This document shows, piece by piece, positions 17,588 through 24,873 of a DNA stretch of 60,928 nucleotides. This stretch comes from an uncultured Acidimicrobiaceae bacterium (GTDB taxonomy: Bacteria > Actinomycetota > Acidimicrobiia > Spongiisociales > ZC4RG35). The translations under genes and the position numbers were made by a program. The number at the start of each line of letters is the position of its first letter. The stretch's first letter is position 1. The notes below the pieces were generated by a model. That model worked only from the letters and a program-made list of their open reading frames with translations. It was not told where the DNA came from and did no database searches. The DNA is taken from the NCBI GenBank assembly GCA_964653975.1, contig CAZZIG010000039.1, forward strand, positions 1-60,928, in the 5' to 3' direction.

Positions 17588-18530
17588 CCCGGTTCCGCGG
17601 CACCTGACCGGCTGGCTCGGAGTCGTCGTCCTCGCCGAACTGGTGCTCTTGCGAACCGGCACCCGCACCCTCATCCACATCCCGGGGCTGGGTCGCTTCG
17701 ACACTTCCGTGGGGCTGCTGAGCGAGGTGGGGCGACTCGCCTACTACCTGGCAGTGGTGCTGGTCGTGGCTCTACTGGTCTACCTCGGCCACTCGATGTG
17801 GGTTAGCGGCACCATGGCGGGGAGGGCCCTCGCCGGCCTGGTTTCGGTCTTCGTCGTCACCGCGCTGCTGGGACGAGTGGGCGTGGTCACCGCCTCGACG
17901 GTTGCTTGGGTGTCGGTGGCGGTGTTGGTCGCGGTGTTGGCGATCACCTGGGGCGGGGTGCGCAGCGTGCCGGTGGCCGCCTTCGTCGCCGCCTCGGTAT
18001 CGGCTTCGTGGAGCATCCTGGGACAGGGGCTCGGGCCGGGGATCACGGGACGCACCGTGGACATCGCGGTGGTCGTCGCCGAAGGTCTGTTGCTCCTGGC
18101 ATTCGTGACCACTCCCCTCCTCGTCATCGGGAAGCTGACGACACCGGCCATGTTCGCGGGAATGGCCGCTTTCGCCCTGGTAGGCGCGGGATTCTGGGCG
18201 GGTGGCCCGACCCTCTCCATCCTGACGCTTTGGAATCTCGGAGTGCCCGGCTGGTTCTCCCCGATCGTCTACGGGCTCGCCTTCGGGGGCTTGGTGGTCG
18301 CCATATGGTCGGCCTCGACCCGCCGCCAGGTCGCGATCACCACCGGTCTCCTCCTGATGGTCGCCGGAGGGGTGGGGCCGATCAGCACCTATCAAACCGC
18401 CCTGGCCTTGACCGCGGTGACCCTCATCGGGCTGGCTGTAGACGCGCGCGACATCGACTCGGTTCCCGGAAGCGAGCAAGAGGCGTCAGACCCCTCCGAG
18501 TCGAGCAGGGACCTCCTCTCTCTCACGTGA
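17568..18530 (+). CDS. Polytopic membrane protein of unknown function, last gene of the molybdoenzyme operon
   Basis: 320 aa, almost entirely hydrophobic (about 9-10 TM segments); overlaps the gamma gene by 20 nt; no family motif recognised. Confidence 0.75.
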   Translation: MPRVPHSPVPRHLTGWLGVVVLAELVLLRTGTRTLIHIPGLGRFDTSVGLLSEVGRLAYYLAVVLVVALLVYLGHSMWVSGTMAGRALAGLVSVFVVTALLGRVGVVTASTVAWVSVAVLVAVLAITWGGVRSVPVAAFVAASVSASWSILGQGLGPGITGRTVDIAVVVAEGLLLLAFVTTPLLVIGKLTTPAMFAGMAAFALVGAGFWAGGPTLSILTLWNLGVPGWFSPIVYGLAFGGLVVAIWSASTRRQVAITTGLLLMVAGGVGPISTYQTALALTAVTLIGLAVDARDIDSVPGSEQEASDPSESSRDLLSLT

Positions 18531-18720
18531 CCGCTGTTGGCGGCACGGATCTACGCTGGGACCACTGACTTTCGACCCTGGTCCGGGTCGAACATCTGAT
18601 GGAAGCTGGAACGGTGAGCTCAACTGACGACGGAACAGAGTCTCTCGAATCGGGAGGGACGTTGGCGGTGCGCTCGGTTTCGACACCAACCACCAAGACG
18701 ACCCGGGCCGGCAGCGAATC

Positions 18721-19809
18721 GTGACCCGCACAACGGTCAGTTCCGACGATCAGGCGGTCCTTGGCCGTCTCTCCCGTCTCGACCGGTTCCTCCCGGTTTG
18801 GATCGGACTGGCCATGGCGGCCGGGCTTCTCCTCGGAACCCTGCGACCCGACCTGAACGACTGGCTGGACACGGTGGAGATCGGAAGTGTGTCACTACCC
18901 ATCGCCATTGGGCTGCTGGCGATGATGTACCCGGTGCTCGCCAAGGTCAGGTACTCCCAGATCGGCGAGATCGCCGCCGATCGCAAGCTCCTGGTCAACT
19001 CGCTGATCCTCAACTGGCTGCTCGGGCCGCTGCTCATGTTCACCCTTGCCTGGCTCATGCTGCCCGACCTACCCGAGTACCGCACCGGTCTCATCATCAT
19101 CGGGCTCGCCCGATGCATCGCGATGGTGCTCATCTGGAACGACATCGCATGTGGGGACCGGGAAGCGGCAGCTGTGCTCGTGGCGATCAACTCGGTGTTT
19201 CAGATCGTGGCCTACTCATTGCTTGGGTACTTCTACCTCGAGCTACTGCCAGACTGGCTGGGGCTGGACACCGCGAGTCTCGACGTGTCGATGTGGGAGA
19301 TCGGAAGGATCGTCCTCATCTTCTTGGGTATCCCCCTGGTGGCCGGGTACCTGACCCGTCGTTGGGGGGAACGGTCCAGAGGCGTCGAGTGGTACGAGAC
19401 CAGGTTCATCCCCAAGATCGCTCCCTGGGCGCTCTACGGTCTGCTCTTCACAGTTGTCATCCTCTTCGCCCTCCAGGGCGAGACCATTACCAGCCAGCCG
19501 CTCGATGTCGTGCGCATCGCTCTCCCGCTCCTGGCGTACTTCCTCCTGATGTGGGGGCTCGCCTTTGCACTGGGGCTGAGACTCCGGCTGTCGTATCCGA
19601 AGAACACTGCGATGAGCTTCACCGCGGCGAGCAACAACTTCGAGCTGGCGATCGCCGTCGCCATCGGGGTGTTTGGCGTCACCTCGGGTGAGGCCCTTGC
19701 CGGAGTCGTCGGACCGCTGATCGAGGTACCAGTGCTCGTGGGGCTCGTCTACGTCGCCCTCTGGGCCCGCCGTCGCTTCTACCCCAGCCAAGACCCGGAG
19801 GGACCATGA
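18721..19809 (+). CDS. acr3: Acr3 family arsenite efflux transporter
   Basis: LSRLDRFLPVWI, GLLAMMYPVLAKV, GLARCIAMV, SNNFELAIAVAI, VGPLIEVPVL. Confidence 0.95.
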   Translation: MTRTTVSSDDQAVLGRLSRLDRFLPVWIGLAMAAGLLLGTLRPDLNDWLDTVEIGSVSLPIAIGLLAMMYPVLAKVRYSQIGEIAADRKLLVNSLILNWLLGPLLMFTLAWLMLPDLPEYRTGLIIIGLARCIAMVLIWNDIACGDREAAAVLVAINSVFQIVAYSLLGYFYLELLPDWLGLDTASLDVSMWEIGRIVLIFLGIPLVAGYLTRRWGERSRGVEWYETRFIPKIAPWALYGLLFTVVILFALQGETITSQPLDVVRIALPLLAYFLLMWGLAFALGLRLRLSYPKNTAMSFTAASNNFELAIAVAIGVFGVTSGEALAGVVGPLIEVPVLVGLVYVALWARRRFYPSQDPEGP

Positions 19810-19934
19810 GCTGGATCGAGCACCGGAATCGGTCACACAGCAGTTGACGGTCACAGTGACTTCAGACTAATATTCTCGATCGTTTCAACTTTTTGGATCG
19901 TTGATCGACGAAGTCGTCTAGAGGAGGACCGTCT

Positions 19935-20513
19935 ATGTCTGAAGTCGTCTTGTTTCATCATGCTCTGGGGTTGACTCCCGGTGTGCTCTCCTTCGCTGAT
20001 GCGCTGAGAGAGGCGGGACATACCGTGCACACACCCGACCTATTCGAAGGGCAGACCTTTCCCACCATCGACGAGGGAGTGGCCCATGCCGGGGAGATCG
20101 GCTTCGGCGAGGTGATGGCACGCGGAGATCGTGTGGTCGAGGGATTGCCTGCTGGGTTGGTCTATATGGGATTCTCCCTTGGCGTGATCCCCGCCCAGCG
20201 TCTGGCCCAGACACGTGCCGGTGCCCGCGGCGCGATCCTCTGCTACTCCTGTGTCCCGGTGTCGGAGTTCGGTGATGCCTGGCCAAAGGGTGTCCCCGTG
20301 CAGGTGCATGGCATGGACAGCGATCCGATCTTCGTCGGTGAGGGCGATGTCGACTTTGCGAAGGCGCTCGTGGACGAAGCCGAAGATGGAGAACTGTTCC
20401 TGTACTCAGGAGACCAGCACTACTTCGCCGACAGCACATTGCCGTCGTATGACGCCGATGCCGCCGCCCTGATGACGAAGCGGATCCTCGATTTCCTTTC
20501 CAGAGTCGGTTGA
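19935..20513 (+). CDS. Dienelactone hydrolase family protein
   Basis: VVLFHHALGLTPG, GFSLG nucleophile elbow, DSDP, HYFAD; RBS GAGGAGG. Confidence 0.88.
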   Translation: MSEVVLFHHALGLTPGVLSFADALREAGHTVHTPDLFEGQTFPTIDEGVAHAGEIGFGEVMARGDRVVEGLPAGLVYMGFSLGVIPAQRLAQTRAGARGAILCYSCVPVSEFGDAWPKGVPVQVHGMDSDPIFVGEGDVDFAKALVDEAEDGELFLYSGDQHYFADSTLPSYDADAAALMTKRILDFLSRVG

Positions 20514-20533
20514 GCCACGGTACAGACTCGGGT

Positions 20534-20780
20534 ATGCGCACGGTCAAGGCCCTCGACGAGTCCACGTGGCCGGCCTATGCCGAACTGGCCGAAAGCACCG
20601 GCAGCTTTCCCAGTGGGTGCTGATGTATGGGATTCCATCCCGAAGTTGTGGGCAAGGACACGACAGCGGCTTTGAACCGAGAGCGGAAACTGGATCGTCG
20701 ACCTACGAACGGCTGGGCTTCACCAAAGACCGCAAGATCGGCAAGCACACCGCTGGGTCGTTGTCCGAACGGTCGAACCA
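20534..20780 (+). pseudogene. Decayed GNAT acetyltransferase
   Basis: MRTVKALDESTWPAYAELAESTGSFPSGC*CMGFHPEVVGKDTTAALNRERKLDR, then in another frame STYERLGFTKDRKIGKH, then after a frameshift RWVVVRTVEP. These match the N- and C-termini of a recalled actinobacterial GNAT family (GCWC motif); the middle is missing. Confidence 0.75.
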
Positions 20781-21020
20781 AGCACCCATCGATGCGGGGA
20801 CCAGATTCGGGGCGCTGACTCCTCGGCACTCGATCGTGTAGTACACCCAAGGTCGATAGCCCTCACCGTTCACACTCCAGGCCTTCTCCTGAGCCCGCGA
20901 CGACTCGAAGTGGCCCGAATCAGTGTGCACCGACCCCGCACCGGAACTCTGCTGGTGATGCGTAGAACCATGCCCCGAGCTTCAACTGGCGTCGAAGAGC
21001 CAGCCATATGCTCGCCGCTC

Positions 21021-21554
21021 TCAACTCTTCGGTGGCGGGAGCAACGCGACGACACCGGCACTGGCGAGGAGGAGGGCTCCAAATGTGACGGCGGTCCAGT
21101 TGACCTCGTCGCCGAGTTGCCGTCCCGGTTCGGTGACGGTCAAGGATCGAACCTCCAGGTAGGACTCTCCCTGCCGTGCCGGGTCGTGGTATCTCCAAAT
21201 TCCGATGACACGGACCACTGGACCGCGATTCCAGTATCCACCGGGGTGGTCGAGGCTCTTGGCCAGCTCTGCAGGCATCCTCACCGCGATACCCACATTG
21301 GCCCCGACGGGCGACCCTCCTTCCCTCAGTGGCTGGTCGACATAGGCGTCGCCGTTGAGTTGAGTCCACATCGATCCGTCGTCCCGGAACCCGTAGTCCC
21401 CCACCAGCTCTCCCTCAACGGTGATTTCCTCCCCGGCGAGTTCGGTGCCCAGCTCCAAGATCTCGGACACCTGCAACTCCTCGGCCGCCGACGCGGGGAC
21501 GGTGATGAAGAGGAACACAGTGGCCAGGCCGATGACTCGGAACAGTTTTCTCAT
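21021..21554 (-). CDS. Secreted OB-fold-like protein with C-terminal TM anchor (Trk operon accessory)
   Basis: Real start is the ATG at 21554 (ATGA overlap with the trkH stop). Signal peptide MRKLFRVIGLATVFLFITVPASA; EITVEGELVGD...VVRVIGIWRYH..GESYLEV; terminal TM helix. It is the 3' part of track ORF 21021..22244. Confidence 0.75.
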   Translation of the reverse strand: MRKLFRVIGLATVFLFITVPASAAEELQVSEILELGTELAGEEITVEGELVGDYGFRDDGSMWTQLNGDAYVDQPLREGGSPVGANVGIAVRMPAELAKSLDHPGGYWNRGPVVRVIGIWRYHDPARQGESYLEVRSLTVTEPGRQLGDEVNWTAVTFGALLLASAGVVALLPPPKS

Positions 21555-23047
21555 TTGCCCCTCACCCATGCATATACGAACCCCAGCAGCGAGAAGACCG
21601 CGACGAACTCGAGCCGGCCGGCCCACATCTGGACCATGTAGACCAGTTCGAGGAGGATCGGCATCGATGGGTCGGTCACACCCACGGAGAGCCCGACATT
21701 GGCGGAGGCGCTGACCGACTCGAACAGAGAATCTTGGAGGGGAATCCCATAGGCCAGGCCGATGCCCGCTCCAAGAAGGTAGAGAGCCACATAGAGAAGA
21801 GAGATGATCATCACCGATTGAATGAGTGCGGGGGTGAGATGTTTCCGTCCGGACTGGTGGTATGCGGTGCCGACGAGGGCATGCTCGGGGAGAAGGACCT
21901 GTCGGATCTGATTGACGACAGATTTGATGGTGAGGCCGATCCTCAGTGACTTGACCCCACCTGCGGTTGAGGAGCCCATGCCGCCGAGTGCCATCGCGAT
22001 CGCCATGCCCCCAAAGGCGAGTCCGCCCCAGTTCGCCAACTCGGCCGAAGGAACGGTGGAGAAGCCAGTGCCCGTGTGTGCGGAGAGAATCTGGAAGAAG
22101 CCCTGACGGGTCAGGCCGGCAACATCGGAGAAGAGACCGGTGGCAGCCAGACCCAGGAGCGTCAGGACCATCGTGAACCCAAAGGTGGAGAGGATGGTGC
22201 GGGTCTCCAGGTTGGCGAACACACGGCGTCGTGGACCCCGCCACATCGCATAGTGGAGTCCGAAGGACATCGCCCCGGCGACCATGAGCAGACCGGTCAC
22301 GCCTTCGAAGATCGCCGAGTGGTAGTAGCCGATACTGGTCGACTGGGGGGAGAAGCCGCCGGTGTCGAATCCGGCGAAGAAGATCATCAGCCCGTGGAAG
22401 ATCGAGCGGTGGAGTTCAAACCCGAGGACCAACCAGCCGACGAGTCCGAGGGCGGTGACACCGAAGATGAGATGAACCACCGACACGGCCCAGATGAATC
22501 GCGCCGTCGAGGTGACCGATGGAAGGATTCGCTCGTCTCTGGCTTCACCGAAGTACAAAGTGATTCCGCCCGTCCCGGCGAAGATGGTGAGTGCCGCCAG
22601 GATGATGCCCTGACCGCCGAGGAACTGGACGAAGTGTCGCCAGAAGTTGAGCGAAGAGGCGAGGTGGTCGACGTCGCTGAGCAGAGAGAGGCCGGTTGTG
22701 GTCAAACCGGACATGGCATCGAAGAAGGCGTCGAGAGGTCGCCCGAAGTGACCGGAGAGGAGGAGTGGTATCGCTCCGACTATCGGCACGATCAGCCAGG
22801 TCAGGGCCACGACGACCATTCCGTGACTCCAGTCGAGCTCCGACTCCTCGGGGGCGAGCCTCGCCCCCATCACGCCGAGCAAGGCGAAGACCCCGGTCAT
22901 GATGAGGAACGATCCGAACGGGTTCCATTCACGGGCGATCCCCGCCCAGGTCAGCGGGAGGAGACTGGCCGCGGCGAGCACGAGAAAGATACGCCCGATG
23001 TAGAAGCCGATGACTCTGAAATCTTCCCCGACCGGCCGGATCAGCAT
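21551..23047 (-). CDS. trkH: TrkH family K+ uptake membrane subunit
   Basis: Four pore loops (SGLTTTGLS, FDTGGFS, HTGTGFS, SANVGLS), GGMGSSTAGGVKSLR, GRLE. Confidence 0.93.
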   Translation of the reverse strand: MLIRPVGEDFRVIGFYIGRIFLVLAAASLLPLTWAGIAREWNPFGSFLIMTGVFALLGVMGARLAPEESELDWSHGMVVVALTWLIVPIVGAIPLLLSGHFGRPLDAFFDAMSGLTTTGLSLLSDVDHLASSLNFWRHFVQFLGGQGIILAALTIFAGTGGITLYFGEARDERILPSVTSTARFIWAVSVVHLIFGVTALGLVGWLVLGFELHRSIFHGLMIFFAGFDTGGFSPQSTSIGYYHSAIFEGVTGLLMVAGAMSFGLHYAMWRGPRRRVFANLETRTILSTFGFTMVLTLLGLAATGLFSDVAGLTRQGFFQILSAHTGTGFSTVPSAELANWGGLAFGGMAIAMALGGMGSSTAGGVKSLRIGLTIKSVVNQIRQVLLPEHALVGTAYHQSGRKHLTPALIQSVMIISLLYVALYLLGAGIGLAYGIPLQDSLFESVSASANVGLSVGVTDPSMPILLELVYMVQMWAGRLEFVAVFSLLGFVYAWVRGK

Positions 23048-23048
23048 C

Positions 23049-23189
23049 TCAGAGAATCGCCAGGATCAGCGCTGACGTGAGCCATGCTACGGCGGCTAGG
23101 GCCAGGACGATCAGAGCCTCGACGACGAACATCGCCAACCCTCCGGCCAGCCCGTCGAAGCTCAACCACTTGCGGTCTCGGTCAGTCAT
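23049..23189 (-). CDS. 46-aa single-TM membrane peptide
   Basis: MTDRDRKWLSFDGLAGGLAMFVVEALIVLALAAVAWLTSALILAIL*. ATGA overlap with the trkA stop; ends 1 nt before the trkH ATG. Below the ORF-track cutoff. Confidence 0.7.
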   Translation of the reverse strand: MTDRDRKWLSFDGLAGGLAMFVVEALIVLALAAVAWLTSALILAIL

Positions 23190-23848
23190 TTCTTACGGCC
23201 GTTCTTCTGTCCCAGGGCGGCGCGGACCTCGTTTTCGAGTTCAACGCTGCTCACCGCAGTCACCTGGTCGCCAGGATGGAGAATCGTCATGGCCGTCGGC
23301 ACTCTGACCTCGTCACCCCTTACATTCGCTACCAGGAGCGCTCCCTTCGGCAGTCTGAGCTCGGCAACGGGTCGTGGTTCGAAGTTCGGGGAAATGTCGA
23401 TTTCGTAGACAGAGATCTCGCCTCTTCCGAGCAGAGTGACGTGCCGGAACTCGGGCACTTCCACTTCTCGTGAGATGAGTGTGGCCATGACATCGGTCAC
23501 CGCCACTACCGGTATGTCGAGGGCTTCAAAGGTGGGACGATTGAGCGGATTGTTCAGCCGCGCCAGAACCTGGCTTGCCCCCAACGTCGAGGCCAACTGA
23601 CAAGCCACGAGATTGACCTCGTCGAGTCCGGTAACCGCCAACACCCAATCGGCCCGCCCGGCGTCGGCCGCCTTGAGCAATCGAATGTCGGTACCGTCAC
23701 CCTCGAGTACCAGGACCTTGGATTCGTCGGTGAGCGACTCTGCGTGACCATGTGCTTCCTCGATGACGGTGACGACATGTCCGCTCTTGTGGAGCTCACG
23801 TGCCAGATACGACCCGACCTTGCCTCCTCCGATCAAGACGACTCTCAC
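23186..23848 (-). CDS. trkA: TrkA family RCK/NAD-binding subunit (copy 2)
   Basis: MRVVLIGGGKVG, GDGTD, AVTGLDEVNL; TrkA_C domain. Confidence 0.92.
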   Translation of the reverse strand: MRVVLIGGGKVGSYLARELHKSGHVVTVIEEAHGHAESLTDESKVLVLEGDGTDIRLLKAADAGRADWVLAVTGLDEVNLVACQLASTLGASQVLARLNNPLNRPTFEALDIPVVAVTDVMATLISREVEVPEFRHVTLLGRGEISVYEIDISPNFEPRPVAELRLPKGALLVANVRGDEVRVPTAMTILHPGDQVTAVSSVELENEVRAALGQKNGRKK

Positions 23849-24507
23849 CGACGATCGTCCTTGACTGCGAGATAGCGGCGGATCTTCTTCCGAGCTCCAC
23901 TGCGAGCTGCGGCCACGACCAGATCGCCTAGGGCGAGTGCAAAATCGTCGTCCGGTATCAACGTCCGGTGACCCCGGTGGACGGCGGCCACTCGCAAGTC
24001 ATCTCGAACCTCGAGATCAGAGACAGGTAGCCCGGCGCCCTCGGGTCCAATGACCATCTCGACTATCTCGACATCGCCCCCGGAGAACGTCACGTGGTAG
24101 CTGAACTCCTCTCTGACGATTTGTTCGTGGATGACTTTCGAGGTGAGCTTCGCTCCGGGCACGAACTGGACGTCCAGCGCCCGGTAGGCGTCTTCGCGGG
24201 CGGGGTCGTCGAGACGAGCGATCGTCTTCGGCACTCCGAAAACCCGCTTCGCCACCTGGACTGCCATCGCGTTGGCGTTGTCGGAGTCAGTCGCCGCCAC
24301 GAAGGCGTCCGCGAACTCGATCCCGGCTTCGCGAAGCAGCCGGACGTCGTATCCGAGGCCCTCGTGGGTCGTTCCGTTGAATGTCGAGCCGAGACGATCG
24401 AAGACCCCAGGCCGATTATCGATCACCGAGACGTCATGGCCTTCCTCGGACAAGGTCAGGGCAAGGTCACTTCCCACCCGCCCACAACCGGCGATGACGA
24501 TCCTCAT
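23845..24507 (-). CDS. trkA: TrkA family RCK/NAD-binding subunit (copy 1)
   Basis: MRIVIAGCGRVG, AATDSDNAN, IARLDDP; TrkA_C domain. Confidence 0.92.
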   Translation of the reverse strand: MRIVIAGCGRVGSDLALTLSEEGHDVSVIDNRPGVFDRLGSTFNGTTHEGLGYDVRLLREAGIEFADAFVAATDSDNANAMAVQVAKRVFGVPKTIARLDDPAREDAYRALDVQFVPGAKLTSKVIHEQIVREEFSYHVTFSGGDVEIVEMVIGPEGAGLPVSDLEVRDDLRVAAVHRGHRTLIPDDDFALALGDLVVAAARSGARKKIRRYLAVKDDRR

Positions 24508-24719
24508 CGGCGTCTTCCTCTGATTCGTGTCTTCGTGACCATCTCATCGACCGTCGACTCCTCGACGAGCGTGAGCGGGAGTTGATCGGGAGTGTCAGGC
24601 CGCCATTCGTTCCGTAGAAACACATGAGCAATATCTGATCCTCCGGGAAGACGAGCAGGTCCCAGGTATTCGTGGAGGATCCCCTCGACTCGATAGCGGA
24701 GGCCGATGAACAAATTCAT
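24504..24719 (-). CDS. Hypothetical 71-aa protein leading the Trk operon
   Basis: Its stop overlaps the trkA start (ATGA); no family recognised. Confidence 0.5.
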   Translation of the reverse strand: MNLFIGLRYRVEGILHEYLGPARLPGGSDIAHVFLRNEWRPDTPDQLPLTLVEESTVDEMVTKTRIRGRRR

Positions 24720-24808
24720 CTGGCTCCTGACCGCTGTGCGGGCGGTATGTGGACACCTCGTGCATCCATATGCACCTGTCTAGATCGGGGCCGGCGAAAT
24801 CAGCGCCG

Positions 24809-24848
24809 TCTTGACGATCCCCTAGCGCGAAAGCTCTGATTCTTGATG
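24809..24848. promoter_or_regulatory. Direct repeat TCTTGA(C/T)G, candidate KdpE site in the trk/kdpD divergent region
   Basis: TCTTGACG (24809-24816) and TCTTGATG (24841-24848) start 32 bp apart, about three helical turns. The KdpE assignment is inference. Confidence 0.35.
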
Positions 24849-24873
24849 GGCCCATGACAGGTGAGCGAACACG

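Noticed and set aside
18558-18580. Weak DosR-like sequence (GGGACCACTGACTTTCGACCCTG) upstream of acr3
   Set aside because: Only half-site quality; indistinguishable from chance.
20618-20626. In-frame TGA in a C-*-C context (TGC TGA TGT): possible selenocysteine
   Set aside because: The recalled homologous motif is GCWC, so this is TGG to TGA nonsense; the gene also has a deletion and a frameshift.
20780-21020. Unexplained spacer with several short ORFs
   Set aside because: No recognisable motif or convincing codon bias in any frame.
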